From assembly GCF_001194135.2 (NCBI RefSeq), contig NC_069001.1:8118971-8173942 (forward strand): a stretch of 54,972 nt of DNA. The letters run 5' to 3'. Numbering within the stretch: the first letter of the stretch is position 1; each line of letters begins with the position of its first letter. A program made the position numbers and the translations under genes. The notes beneath the pieces were generated by a model. It made no database searches. It was not told the DNA's origin and saw nothing but the letters and a program-made list of their open reading frames with translations. Source of the stretch: Octopus bimaculoides. Taxonomy: Eukaryota. Positions 25,569 to 38,691 of this stretch are shown here, in pieces.

Positions 25569-25935
25569 TGTTGTTGTTGGCACTCCGTCGCTTACGACGT
25601 CGAGGGGTTCCAGTTGATCCGATCAACGGAACAGCCTGATCGTGAAATTAACGTGCAAGTGGCTGAGCACTCCACAGACACGTGTACCCTTAACGTAGTT
25701 CTCGGGGAGATTCAGCGTGACACAGTGTGACAAGGCTGACCCTTTGAATTACAGGTACAACAGAAACAGGAAGAAAGAGTGGTAGTGAAAGAGTACAGCA
25801 GCGTCCGCCACCATCCCCTGCCGGAGCCTCGTAGAGCTGTAGGTGTTTTCGCTCAATAAACACTCACAACGCCCGGTCTGGGAACCGAAACCGCGAGTCC
25901 GCTGCCCTAACCACTGGACCATTGCGCCTCCACTT
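25569..25935 (-). mobile_element. tRNA-derived SINE family B
   Basis: Head ggaggcgcaatgg.ccagtggttagggcagcggac and (CAA)n tail. TSD gaagag(t/g)gtagt at 25557-25568 and 25936-25947. Confidence 0.9.
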
Positions 25936-26834
25936 GAAGAGGGTAGTAAACTAATTACAATCCACAATCCTTTCTCATATAGGAAGAAGGGCTGGAATTG
26001 GTTGACAGGGTTTGTCAATTACTCAATTACATTGGCCCTGGTATTTTGACTGGCACTTTGTTTTATTGACTCCGAAAGTATGAAAGGCAATGAATTTGAA
26101 CCCAGAATGTAAAGCTGACAATTCTATTAGTTTATCACCTTAACCNNNNNNNNNNNNNNNNNNNNNNNNNNNNNNNNNNNNNNNNNNNNNNNNNNNNNNN
26201 NNNNNNNNNNNNNNNNNNNNNNNNNNNNNNNNNNNNNNNNNNNNNNNNNNNNNNNNNNNNNNNNNNNNNNNNNNNNNNNNNNNNNNNNNNNNNNNNNNNN
26301 NNNNNNNNNNNNNNNNNNNNNNNNNNNNNNNNNNNNNNNNNNNNNNNNNNNNNNNNNNNNNNNNNNNNNNNNNNNNNNNNNNNNNNNNNNNNNNNNNNNN
26401 NNNNNNNNNNNNNNNNNNNNNNNNNNNNNNNNNNNNNNNNNNNNNNNNNNNNNNNNNNNNNNNNNNNNNNNNNNNNNNNNNNNNNNNNNNNNNNNNNNNN
26501 NNNNNNNNNNNNNNNNNNNNNNNNNNNNNNNNNNNNNNNNNNNNNNNNNNNNNNNNNNNNNNNNNNNNNNNNNNNNNNNNNNNNNNNNNNNNNNNNNNNN
26601 NNNNNNNNNNNNNNNNNNNNNNNNNNNNNNNNNNNNNNNNNNNNNNNNNNNNNNNNNNNNNNNNNNNNNNNNNNNNNNNNNNNNNNNNNNNNNNNNNNNN
26701 NNNNNNNNNNNNNNNNNNNNNNNNNNNNNNNNNNNNNNNNNNNNNNNNNNNNNNNNNNNNNNNNNNNNNNNNNNNNNNNNNNNNNNNNNTAATATTTAAG
26801 AATTTTTTTTTTCTGTAGTATATGTACATGTGCA

Positions 26835-27169
26835 TGGAGGCGCAATGGCCCAGACCGGGCGTTGTGAGTGTTTATTGAGCAAAAACACCTAAAGCTTCAC
26901 GAGGCTCCGGCAGGGGATGGTGGCGAACCCTGTTGTACTCTTTCGCCACAACTTTCTCTCACTCTTACTTCCTGTTTCTGTTGTGCCTGTAATTCAAAGG
27001 GTCAGCCTTGTCACACTGTGTCACGCTGAATCTCCTCGAGAACTACGTTAAGGGTACACGTGTCTGTGGAGTGCTCAGCCACTTGCACGTTAATTTCACG
27101 AGCAGGCTGTTCCATTGATCGGATCAACTGGAACTCACGACGTCGTAAGCGACGGAGTGCCAACAACAA
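26835..27169 (+). mobile_element. SINE family B with head deletion
   Basis: TSD gtacatgtgca at 26824-26834 and 27170-27180. The deletion between two cccag microhomologies removes the B box. Confidence 0.9.
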
Positions 27170-28154
27170 GTACATGTGCAACAAGCATATTATGTGCTTG
27201 TCTTGAGATCAAACTAGTGTGATTCTTGATAATCAGGCTTGCCAGTTTAGATAATTTCTTTCTAGCACATAATGGTTAATGAAATCAGTAAGCAAAACAT
27301 CTATAAATCTAGTTAATTTCTAAAGTAATCCAGAAAATTTTAGCCAATTTTTCATTGTTCATATTTTTAAACAACCTAATCGCAGTCTCTGGTAAAATGA
27401 CTGGCAAATTTAAGGGCTCACTACATTTTCCAATTTCGGAATGGCTATAATTGGTGTCAGTTACATTGTAGAAGAGCTATTTTAGTAATCTAATGCACAC
27501 ATGCTATCATATTGTTTTATTTTTATTTTTAAGGTCTCAGTATTTCTACTGCACCACTGACACCATCATCATCAGCATAATCTAACATACGTTTTTTACA
27601 CGCTTGCATGATTCAGATGGACTTTGTTGAGCCAGTTTTTCTATGACCAGACACCCTTCTTGTTACCAACCCTCATCTTCTCCCAAGCAAGATATCATTC
27701 CCCATAGCCAGACATATTTGTTGTAGAAGACTGGAATACTTGTATGGTGATGATGGTTGTCAAAGACCATCTTCTGATGTGATGACAAGGCCACACATAA
27801 AATTATAAAGGCCTTACCAACAGAATCATTCACTCAATAAACTTTATCCCAGAAAATACATAAGATAGATAAATGAATAAATATGAGATAAAGAAGATAT
27901 ATATATAAGCTATCATACATGTGCCCTATCATAGCATGATGGGATATTTTCTTTATGGTTTGTATATTTACTTTTAGCTTACTTGCACTGTGACATTAAT
28001 GATTGATGGGAACATATTTCTCAAAGATTCACCCACAATATCAAATACATCAAAAGTATATTTTCTTCCTTTTGGAATTATGTTAGACGGAATATATATT
28101 ATATCAATAATAATAATAATAATAATAAAACACTTTCAATACAGTAAACATAAG

Positions 28155-28247
28155 AGCACCACAGCAAACCACAGCACATACCCAAGGCGCACAGAGCTGC
28201 GCTCGGTAGTGAAGTGAAAGCACGTTATAAAAATAAAACTACTGAAC

Positions 28248-28282
<35 letters not shown>
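28155..28282 (+). repeat. Short GC-richer segment ending in (AAT)n, possibly a retroposon 3' tail
   Basis: ...gcacgttataaaaataaaactactgaac is followed by (AAT)n at ~28248-28282. Confidence 0.35.
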
Positions 28283-28285
<3 letters not shown>

Positions 28286-28434
28286 TAAAAAAAAAAAATA
28301 ATAAAAATAGTCAAGACGAAGAGTGCAATTCGATTGAATAGATATTTTATTCGTTACTCTCGTTCATATGGATTTATGCAACAATCAACAAAGATAAAAT
28401 ACAAACAAGACATCTTACATCTTTAACAGTATTA

Positions 28435-28651
28435 CAAGGGCGTGCTGAAAAGTTTTTGGCTTTAAGTAAAAGAAAATACAAGAGGATCAGTTAATTATGA
28501 TTTTATTCAACATATTCTCCTCTCATATTCACACACTTATTGCAGCAATCCTTCAGTTTTTCTAAGCCCTGTAAAAGAACTTGGAAGGCTGTGCCTCCAA
28601 CCAGGCCTTTCACAATACTTTTAAAGCCAGAAACTTTACAGCACCTCCTTG
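28435..28651. mobile_element. mariner-type MITE
   Basis: Same family as 14290-14508, TA-flanked. Confidence 0.8.
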
Positions 28652-28957
28652 TAGAGATTAGTAAGTATATTTTGCTTGTTCTGCTTCTCAAATAACTGGC
28701 TAGATTACAAGATTACTAGATAACTATGTCATTATCATTTAATACACAAATTACACCTTTATTTCTTATTCACTGTATAATAATCTCCAATATCTAGAAT
28801 TTAACTTCAAATTTTATTAAATTAGATAACTTCAATGTAAAAGATTTAATGAATAAGAGTTGGGTGAATGTGAAACTTTTACTAGACATTGATCAACTTT
28901 GGGAATTCTAGAGATAGAGATGCTGATGGGGTTAGCACATATTTAATTAGATATTCT

Positions 28958-29188
28958 TATTTCTTTATTGCCCACAAGGGGCTAAACATAGAGGGGACAA
29001 ACAAGGACAGACAAATGGATTAAGTTGATTACATCGACCCCAGTGTGTAACTAGTACTTATTTTATCGACCCTGAAAGGATGAAAGGCAAAGTTGACTTC
29101 GGCGGAATTTGAACTCAGAATATAACGGCAGACGAAATACTGCAAAGCATTTTGCCTAGCACGCTAACGTTTCTGCCAGCTCGCCACC
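28958..29188 (-). mobile_element. SINE family C, full length
   Basis: 15-bp TSD ttaattagatattct at 28943-28957 and 29189-29203. B-box-like gagttcaaattcc on the minus strand. Confidence 0.9.
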
Positions 29189-29382
29189 TTAATTAGATAT
29201 TCTACATATAAAATGATATGAGAGTAATTTAAGTGGAAACCAGCTTTATTTAAATTTCAAGTTATGAATTTCCACAAAGTGTGGTGAGATCAGAACTGTA
29301 AACACTGGACTTCACAGATGAGATGATAAAAGATTGAACAAAACAAAGTGGTATCTTGTTGAGAGAAATGTTCAATCAATAT

Positions 29383-29604
29383 CCCTTTAGCATTTAAACT
29401 GACCATGTCCGGCCCAAATATTCAGATTGTTTTATGGTGAAACTGACCAGATCTGGCCTCTCTCACTCCTATTCTACAATGTCATACTAAAAATAAACAA
29501 TCACATCATTGAAATCTCAAAGCTATGAGATAATGTATGATTAATTTAAAACAATTTGAATAAATAAATATGACATTTGACAGAATAATATGAATGCTAA
29601 AGGG
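29383..29604. mobile_element. piggyBac-like MITE, opposite orientation to 6323-6540
   Basis: ccctttagcatt...aatgctaaaggg TIRs. The TTAA flanks are eroded. Confidence 0.7.
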
Positions 29605-30248
29605 ATGTACTATAACGCAGAATGGAGATTTAACTATTTATTATGATGATGATGCTGACAACAATGATTACAACATATTATATCACTCATTTAGAATTTA
29701 TATTAAGTTTAAGGTTTCAAAGATGCTTGTAAATTAACATTCAGCTTAATCGCCAAGTCATAAATTATTTTATAAATGAAAAATATATATAAAATCTGAC
29801 AGTATCATCCATTTCATAGAATTTCAAACAGAATATGCATAAGATACATGGAAGAACATATATCAGACCGAGTGTGTGTGTGTGTCCCCTAGTTATTGTA
29901 TGTCGGAACTCCTGTCTTTAAATGGTTTGTGTATTTGCTCCTCACATAATAACTGTACAATGATGTAATTCATAATTTATGATAATAATATGTAAATATA
30001 TTTTTGAGCATTTATACAAAATGTCAAATACGTCATAGAATGTGTAATGGAAAATGTATGAGTATTCAGAAAGCATCCAAAGTTTCCTCACCACTGCAGA
30101 GAGAGTCGTTGTCATACAAAATATAATGTTGAGAAGTTTTTATCACATCATTATATAATTTTGTTATGTAAATTTAATTATGGTTATACAAGATAGGAAT
30201 GAATAAATATCTAGTTCAGAGACTTTTTGAGAGAATGAATCACAGCTG

Positions 30249-31364
30249 TCAATTATACGGTTTTTCTCCTAAAGAAATGCACTTGTGCCTACTTAAACTA
30301 CCTGTCTGAGAGAATGATTTACCACAGATATTGCAGTGATATGGTTTCTCTCCTGTATGAATGCGTTTATGAGTAGTTAACTGACCTGTTACAGAGAATG
30401 ATTTACCACAGATATCACAATGATAAGGCTTCTCTCCTGTGTGAATGAAATTATGAGTAGTTAGGTGACTTTTTTGAGAAAAAGATCTGTCACAGATATC
30501 ACAGTGATATGGTTTTTCTCTTGAATGGATACGTCTGTGTTTTGTCAAGTTACCACTTATAGAGAAAGACTTACTACAAATATCACAATGATAAGGCTTT
30601 TCTCCTGTATGAATGCGTTTATGTATAGTTAAATCACTTGCTTTAGCAAATGATTTACCACAAATATCACAGTGATATGGCTTCTCCCCTGTATGAATGC
30701 GTCTGTGTGTAGTTAAGTCACCACATCCAGAGAATGATTTACCACAGATATCACAGTGATATGGCTTCTCTCCTGTATGACTGCGTCTGTGTACAGTTAA
30801 GTCACTTGTTTTAGAGAATGATATGCCACATATATCACAATGATAGGGCTTCTCTCCTGTATGAATACGCTTATGAAATGTTAAGTTACCTGTTGCTGAG
30901 AACGATTTACCACAAATGTCACAGTGATATGGCTTTTCTCCTGTATGAATACGGTTGTGAGTAGTTAAGTGACTTCTTGTAGAGAATGATCTACCACAGA
31001 CATCACAGTGATATGGTTTCTCCCCTGTATGAATATGTCTGTGTTTAGTTAAGCTTGATCCTTGAGAGAATGATATACCACAAATATCACATCGATGTGG
31101 TTTCTCCCCTGTGTGAATGTATTTGTGAGTAGTTAAATGACCTTTTCGTGAGAAAGACTCACCACAGATATCACAGTGAAAAGGTTTTTCTCCTGTATGA
31201 ATGCGTTTATGAATAATCAAGTGACTTCTTTGAGAGAATGACTTGTTACAGACATCACATTGGTAAGATGCCTTTGCTTTCTTTCTCAGCATCCCATCAG
31301 GAAAACAAATCATTTTAGGCTGTGTTTTACATTTAACCCGATTCTCATGTAATTCATTTTCCAT
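30249..31364 (-). CDS. ZNF-5: C2H2 zinc-finger protein, 12 fingers (last lacks the second His), 371 aa
   Basis: Intact ORF of 35 aa plus 12 x 28 aa. Acceptor ttatttcag at 31679-31680. Confidence 0.95.
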   Translation of the reverse strand: MENELHENRVKCKTQPKMICFPDGMLRKKAKASYQCDVCNKSFSQRSHLIIHKRIHTGEKPFHCDICGESFSRKGHLTTHKYIHTGEKPHRCDICGISFSQGSSLTKHRHIHTGEKPYHCDVCGRSFSTRSHLTTHNRIHTGEKPYHCDICGKSFSATGNLTFHKRIHTGEKPYHCDICGISFSKTSDLTVHRRSHTGEKPYHCDICGKSFSGCGDLTTHRRIHTGEKPYHCDICGKSFAKASDLTIHKRIHTGEKPYHCDICSKSFSISGNLTKHRRIHSREKPYHCDICDRSFSQKSHLTTHNFIHTGEKPYHCDICGKSFSVTGQLTTHKRIHTGEKPYHCNICGKSFSQTGSLSRHKCISLGEKPYN

Positions 31365-31889
31365 AATTTTTCTTCTTTCACCACAATATATGGATATTTT
31401 TTTTCTCTTCGTTTTAATATTTTATTTCTAACAAATACTTCAGTGATGTATTTCCATTATTTGTGCAGTCTCTGCCAATATCTGAAGACGCTTGAAGTTT
31501 CATGAACATCTCCTCATTGAAGTTTGATTAAGAATTTAATTTATCTCACAGTAACTTGATCACAGAATCATATTGTGGGTTCATTCAGTATAACATTTTA
31601 CAGTTTTTAATAGATAACAATAGAATTCATTGGTGCATCTTAAGTAAGAACTCCTTTATTGCAATATCACATGGTATTCTGAAATAATAAATAAATTTGT
31701 TTAAAATATAGAGGATACTTTAAAAAATATGGAAGTAATAAACAAAATCTTACTACATACATGGAGAGTTGGTAAGCTGTAGCTATTAACTTTAACAAGT
31801 AATGGAACTTCACTTTTTAATTTGTAACTAAAAGTGCATCATACAACCTTTTAAGAAGTTTACATGTTTGTAGATTACAGACATCTTCT

Positions 31890-32260
31890 AGGCATGGTTA
31901 TATGGTAAGAAGTTTGCATCCTAACTACATGTTTCTGGGTTCAGTCCCACTGTGTGGCACCTTGGGCAAGTGTCTTCTACTATAGCCTCAGAATGACCAA
32001 GACCTTGTGAGTGGATTTGTTAGACGGAAACTGATAGAAGCCTATGATATGTGTGTGTTTGTGTGTCCCATCACCACTTAACAACTGGTGTTGGTGTGTT
32101 GACATCCCCCTGACTTAACAGATCAGCAAAAGAGACTGACATAATAAGTACTAGTCTGAATAAAAAATACTGGAGTCAATAAGTTTGACACAAAATTCTT
32201 CAAGGCATTGCCCTAGTGTGGCCGCAGTGTAATGACTGAAACAAGTAAAAGATAAAAGAT
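31890..32260 (+). mobile_element. SINE family A, full length, diverged
   Basis: Colinear with the reverse complement of 773-1192. Confidence 0.8.
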
Positions 32261-32810
32261 TAGTGGCTAAAAAGATTCTTCCCAGTCCAGAAAGGTAATT
32301 CTTTGTTGACTTATTATTTTAGCACTCAAAACTCAGTTGCACTTTTCATTTGACAACGAATATTTCTACTCTTCTCTCTCCTATCATTTTACAACCACAT
32401 GCAAGAGAAACTTGACAAGCTAACACAGCCTCAATATGCAAGAAATTGCAACTAAATCTTCAAAAAAGATTTCCCAGCATTGGATAATGCTGTCTAACAT
32501 ATCAGAAGAAAACAAGATGGTTATTGCTGGAATATTTAACTTAGTTCTTAACTTCAACAACAACACACAAAAAAGACACTTTAGTTTTAGTTACAAAAGA
32601 AATTTTGTAACCAAAACTAAAGGTGAAATAAGGACTCCTGATCTGAGGTATTCTTAAGTTGAGGATGAGCATTTAAAAAATTTTCAATAAAAGCCTTAAA
32701 AAACTAAATGACCCATTTGAAAATCTTTGGAAGTGACTCTAGTAGAATGTGATTAAAATTTCAAATCTTTAATTATGAAAATTCATAAATCAAGTTATGT
32801 TAGAAATATA

Positions 32811-33145
32811 TGGCTGTGTGCTTAAGAAACATGTTTTGTAGCCACATGGTTCTGGCTTCACCCCATTGTATGGTACTTTGGACAAGTGCCTTCTACTATA
32901 GCCCTGAGCTGTGAAACAAAAACTATGTAGAATTCCAACATGTATTCTGTATTTTACTGTCTCCTTACCATGACATTGTGCGATAGTTATAAGTGAATGT
33001 TACTGCTCTTTGCTTCCAATCTTCCACGGAAACATGTCTGAGCATATTGGAATATTATCTTACTTGGAAACAGGTGAAGGTTGGCATCAGGAAGGGCATC
33101 CAGCCATACAAGATCTGTCTAATCCATATGAACATGGAAAAATGT
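32811..33145 (+). mobile_element. SINE with a family A head and an RTE-type tail
   Basis: Head tggctgtgtg..taag. Tail ggttggcatcaggaagggcatccagcc...catggaaaaatg. Confidence 0.55.
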
Positions 33146-33656
33146 GCGGGCGTGTGTGTCTGTACATATGTATGTATAAATCATGTGGACAATACTAGAA
33201 TTACGTAAGGAAAAAAATCTGTCCAGAAATTAGTTAGTGAGGGCGACCAACAGAGAGCAGGTCAACCAGTTCGAAATACCGTCTCGACAGAACATCATAA
33301 AGGGACAGCTATGGAATTCATCAACGATACAGTTGTTCCGTCCACCACTCTCTTACTTTCGACCAACATCACTTGATCTATTGACTTACGGCTGCTAGAA
33401 CGACAGGGAATAGATAAGTCTAATGCTATTTGCACTTTTACAAGAAAATATAACTCTCGTTATCTCGTATGCTTTCCCACTGATTCTATACACGCCTACA
33501 CGTCGTGGTTTGACTTTAATTACATGTAATGGAGAAATAAACGTGTTATCTACAACTTCGGGCACTGTCTTCCTTTCATTGAATCAACATCATCTTCACC
33601 TTCTACATACACAACAACCATTACATTCTGGTAACCACTCCATTACATATTTAATG

Positions 33657-34017
33657 GTGGAGGCGCAATGGCCCAGTGGTTAGGGCAGCGGACTCGCGGT
33701 TTCGATTCCCAGACCGGGCGTTGTGAGTGTTTATTGAGCGAAAACACCTAAAGTTCCACGAGGCTCCGGCAGGGGATGGTGGCGAACCCTGCTGTACTCT
33801 TCCACCACAACTTTCTCTCGCTCTTACTTCCTGTTTCTGTTGTACCTGTAATTCAAAGGGTCAGCCTTGTCACACTGAATATCCCCGAGAACTACGTTAA
33901 GGGTACACGTGTCTGTGGAGTGCTCAGCCACTTGCACGTTAATTTCACCAGCAGGCTGTTCCGTTGATCGGATCAACCGGAACCCTCGAAGTCGTAAGCG
34001 ACGGAGTGCCAACAACA
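33657..34017 (+). mobile_element. SINE family B
   Basis: TSD acatatttaatg at 33645-33656 and 34018-34029. Confidence 0.9.
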
Positions 34018-35011
34018 ACATATTTAATGAAACTATTTGACACAAACTAGTTTTCCGAATATGAACTGAGAGAACCATCAGTTCTTGTATGGATAATAAT
34101 CTAACCATTTTGAATTTTAAAAAAAAAATCATTCTCGCTCCCATTGCAACATTCCTTCATTTTTTTTTTTTTTCCTTTTCCAAATTTTGTAGTTTTGACG
34201 TAATGTAAATGTTTAAATTGCGAATATACAAAACCTGATCATGAATCATTAACAAAGAAGACTTAAAATATTCAGATCGATAATATGAATTAAGGTAAGA
34301 AAAATATATTCATACAATAAGTCGATGACGATGTGAAGGACGTTTTAGCTGTTGCAGCGGACGGAACATTTAATCACAATAACATACACTTTAGACACAT
34401 CAAGTTGGTTTCGATTACTTATAGCAGCATATTGTCCCGTGGATGAAGTCACGATCACTACATTCTTCTGTTTGCTTTCCAAAAGTAGCCCTCGGAAGTA
34501 TCTCTCATTTGTTCAAAATTGTTACAGCTATATTTCTGTTTACACGCTCTTTCATGTAACCCCACTTTGTATCGAGCTCGATTTTTTCGTAAATCGTCAG
34601 CGGTTTAATACCGAAACGATTATTATCAAAATGTTTTAGAGGCATTTCGTCTGTATTTATATTTCTGAATTGAAATTCCGCTAACGTGGACCTTTCGGGG
34701 TCGATGAAATAAGTACCAATTAAGCACTGAGATCGATGCAATCAACAAGCACCTTTCCTCAAAATTTTAGGCCTTGTACCGATAGTAGAAAAGATTATCA
34801 TCATAATTTATTTATATTATTTTCCATAAACTCCTTAATTACTGAGTATAATTGTGTAAGAAAAACGTAGGACATGAACATGTTTCCCAATGTTGTTTAG
34901 AGTTTTCACATCTAAGTTTATATAATTAGTACACGCCCCGAAGAAGCAGACATTTCAATTACTTACACATGCACAATAATACAACGTTAATGCAAATCTT
35001 GGCTAACTTAC

Positions 35012-35220
35012 CATATTTAGATTGAAACAATGAATGCCTGTGTTCTGTTTTCACATAAAACAACGAAAAAAGATTAAAATAGAGTTTTTTTTTTTCAGGT
35101 TCCTCCTTTACGTGAAATGAAAGATAAATAAGACTATTGCAAGTCTTCCATATTCAGCGGTAATTTCGTAGTAAAGCAATAAAGATGACTAATGTTATTT
35201 AGCCGCAGTTTCGACACGAA
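35012..35220 (-). promoter_or_regulatory. Putative non-coding exon 1 / TSS region of ZNF-5
   Basis: Donor GTAAGT at 35011-35006. Motif agccgcagtttcga at 35201-35214. Confidence 0.55.
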
Positions 35221-35989
35221 ATAACTGCGTTAATATATTAGCTTATTTCTAGCACACACACATTAATGTTTGTTTTTATGTTAAGTCATATGTAAAAAGA
35301 AACACTATTAAACCTTGGGAGAGGCATTATGCCGGTAAGAAACACACGCACTGGTTCGGTCCTTTATTTATAAACAGTATTTAGTTTTTTTTTGTTTTGT
35401 TTTGTTAAATCATTTCATTGCACTCTTGCAATCTCTTCAGTAACCCGTCTCTCCACAAGAATCTTCAACACCAAATAAAAAGAAACAATTTGACATTAAA
35501 GTGAAGGATTACTCAACACTTTTAGTACAGTACTCGTTTAATTAATAACTTTTACAAAGGAAAGGTTAACAGCGACGTCAGTTTCGGCTTCTTTTATCGT
35601 GCGTGTGTGAATGTGCATATGTAGGAATATCTTTTATCTTTTACCGTTTCATTCATTTGATTACGGCCATGCTGGTGCACCATCTTGAAGAGTTTTAGCC
35701 GAACAAATCGACCTCAGACTTATTCTATCGGTCTCTTTGCTGAGCCAAAAACATATGCCCACGACTGTCCTCTTATATAGTTTTAAGACAAAATGCTTGT
35801 CTTTTTTTTGTCAGGCAATAGTTTGGACAGTTTGACAAGCTTTGATGTCTACAGATTGCATCGAGCTCCTATATCTGCCTTGGCATGGTTTTTTTATGGT
35901 TGGATGCCCTTCCTAATGTCAACCACTTTATAGCATAGACATGGGTGCTTTTTTTGATGTCATCTACATTATTGAGGTTGCCATGTAAC

Positions 35990-37200
35990 ATTATGCCCTC
36001 GTAGATATTACATAAAAACTTATGATTGCTGAATCTGGTCCTGAAGTGATTCCTTGTGCACCCACATAATTTCCACACACCATCTGCCCTACAGGGATTC
36101 TTTGATATAAACTCTACCTGAAACACAAGTTTCTCACTGCACTGGTTATTTAGTGGGCATTTTATGTTACACCTGAATGAACAACCTCCCTCTGTTCTCA
36201 TCATTCCATAAAGTCCTTGCTCTAAACATCTTGCTGAATACTTTATTCAGTCACTCAACACCATCAGGATGTCAATATCACCAGGTGTCCCTTATGAACC
36301 CAAAATTTTCCACTGAAACTAATTGTGGTGTGACAGGCCATTAGGATAATATCAATTTCTTTCCTAGTGAAGTCCAAGTCTACCTGAGCAAAAATAAGAG
36401 CCTTATCGAGCAGGACAAGTGAGACAGTGGAATAATACTTATTGATATCGACTTGTATAAATTTACATTTATCTTCATAGAATAATGGTCGAAACTAGTG
36501 GAAAAGCTTCTTAATATTAGTCCACAGGTGTAGTGGAATTTTAGAACAGAGGTAGCATACTATTCTACCTAAAATTACATATTCAACCTATATCTGAGCT
36601 AGCAGGGCATACGAGATGAATAGAAGGGTTGGCAACAGAATTAACTTTGCAGTCCTTTAAGTTAATATGTGGTGATCAATGTTCAAAAGGTTCAGTCTGG
36701 TCCTCTAGTCCACAGCCCCTAATTGACAGCTCTTCCAGTTGATTTCCATTAAAGTGAAATCTGGTACAATTTTATAATTTTTATGTAGCTGCTTTATGAG
36801 ACTCCAATAAATATTCAGTGGTAAAATGTAAAGGCTGCCTGTTTTGTTTGCAGAAACTAAGATTCCAGTTGTATTGATTTAGTCTTCTAATAAAGTCGTT
36901 AATCTTCCTTAGATGTAGGTTTAGTGTGCTGAATTTCAGCTTAAATTTAACTTTTTAATCATCTTAAAGTCCTTTTCAAAATTCTCATCATTTTGATTAC
37001 TTAGGTGGCAGTGGTGGTGGAGGTATTCCTTCAAGATCAAAATGCAAGAGAAATTAGGAAGGTTACAATTCTCAGGTCTGACATGGATTTTTAAAAATAA
37101 GTTTTCCATCTCACTTGGCTAATTAGCTCATTTGTAATGTATATTAGCAAATTCATATACACCTTTTTTTTTACCTGGTAATGCGATATCCACGAGCAAC
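35990..37200 (-). mobile_element. Degenerate Penelope-like element (RT plus GIY-YIG remnants)
   Basis: Hand-translated pieces in PLE order: ISQVRWKTYF, LVSANKTGSLY, NLKDCKVNSVANPS..CPASSDIG, KFIQVDINKYYSTVS..LLDKALIFA, then CPLNNQC...FRTRFSNHK. Confidence 0.75.
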
Positions 37201-37894
37201 AAATTCAACCTTAATTTTTCCATTCTGAAGATTTCTATACTGTTAGCATTCACAAGTGCATGAACAAAACAGTTATAGAGCAGCACAACCCAAAAAGATC
37301 CTGGTACAGGAAGTTAGTAAACATCATGCTTGTACACAGCTTGCATAGACAACAAAAAGCAGTGTTATGCAAGGCATAGCCTTTATTTACCTTTTCCATT
37401 CCTTACAATCTTTGATACATAAAATTCAGAATATCAAAAAATCATACATATATCCATTGAAAGTGTTATAAAATGTTTACATGGTTTGTGTTCACCCAAA
37501 ATCTATGGTCAATTATGAGAATACATTTCTCTAGCTATTCACCCATGATGTCAAATCAATTGTATCTTTCCTCCCTTCTGGAAATAGATTATATAGAATA
37601 TATATGGATGTTCTTAAAGAATGCCTTTATTAAAAATATCATTGTATGTCTTAGTTCATTTTTGCACCTGATTTTCCATGATATCCTGGGTTTTGGACGG
37701 AGATTTATTGGGATAGTTGCCAAGCCTTACTTGTACTTTAAGAAAGAAATTTTTTTTTGGTATTTCATTTCAACTTTTCCTCAAAGACACAGAGTTACAG
37801 GATGTCTTGTATAGGGAAGAGCTAAACAGGACTCACCATATTTCTCTCAAATTGTATCAAGAAAAGACACACTGAATGTAAACATTTATATGTG

Positions 37895-38065
37895 CATGTG
37901 CAAACACACACACACACATAAACCAGCTTCCATCTACCAATTACACTCACAAGGCATTGGTCGTCCCAAGGCTGTAACAGAAGACACTTGCCCATGGTGC
38001 CACACAATGAGATAGAACCTGAATCCATGTGCTTCAAAGCAAAATTCATATTCACACAGCCACGG
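37895..38065 (-). mobile_element. SINE family A 5' half
   Basis: agaagacacttgccca.ggtgccac block and tRNA-like head. Confidence 0.7.
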
Positions 38066-38090
38066 CTGTAGTTGTTATATAAAGTTGTTA

Positions 38091-38691
38091 TGTAAAAATG
38101 AAATTTTTGGGAGTGAGGATTCATTAGACATAAATAAAATTATATAAAAAAAAATGCGTTCCTTGATATGACAGAAATTTTTTTTTTAGCAACACTGCAT
38201 CTGTCCAATGTAATGCAAGTGTTTCAGAGACATCAAGCCATTTTGAATTATAAACAATTTGGTTGCTAAGGCGTTGTCAACATCATATCTCCATAAGTAA
38301 TTATTGTCAGAGAATGAATATTGAGAGATACAGCTACTCTACAATATCAACAGATTATGAATAGATAAGTGACATTTTTTGAAAGAATGATATAATACAT
38401 ATATTACATGATTTTTCTTTTTCGTCAAGAGTGAATATACCCATCTAGTTCAGGGGTCAGCAAACTGGGGGTAAATTACAAGTGGTGTAAAAATGAAATT
38501 CTTGGGAGTGAGGATTCATTAGACATAAATAAAATTATATAAAAAAAATGTGTTCCTTGATATGACAGAAATTTTTTTTTTTAGCAACACTGCATCTGTC
38601 CAATGTAATGCAAGTGTTTCAGAGACATCAAGCCATTTTGAATTACAAACAATTTGGTTGCTAAGGCGTTGTCAACATCATATCTCCATAA
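38091..38691. repeat. ~205-bp near-identical direct repeat (38091-38296 and 38486-38691)
   Basis: Two copies of tgtaaaaatgaaatt...catcatatctccataa with few differences. Confidence 0.9.

Noticed and set aside
32300-32700. Possible second CR1/L2 fragment
   Set aside because: Only one weak motif could be read, which is insufficient without a profile search.
33210-33645. Possible solo LTR (AATAAA, TG...CA-like ends)
   Set aside because: There is no matching TSD or second copy in the window.
773-34017. tRNA-like A/B boxes at SINE heads
   Set aside because: No complete cloverleaf is present. Each is fused to a SINE body and tail, often with a TSD, so none is called a tRNA gene.
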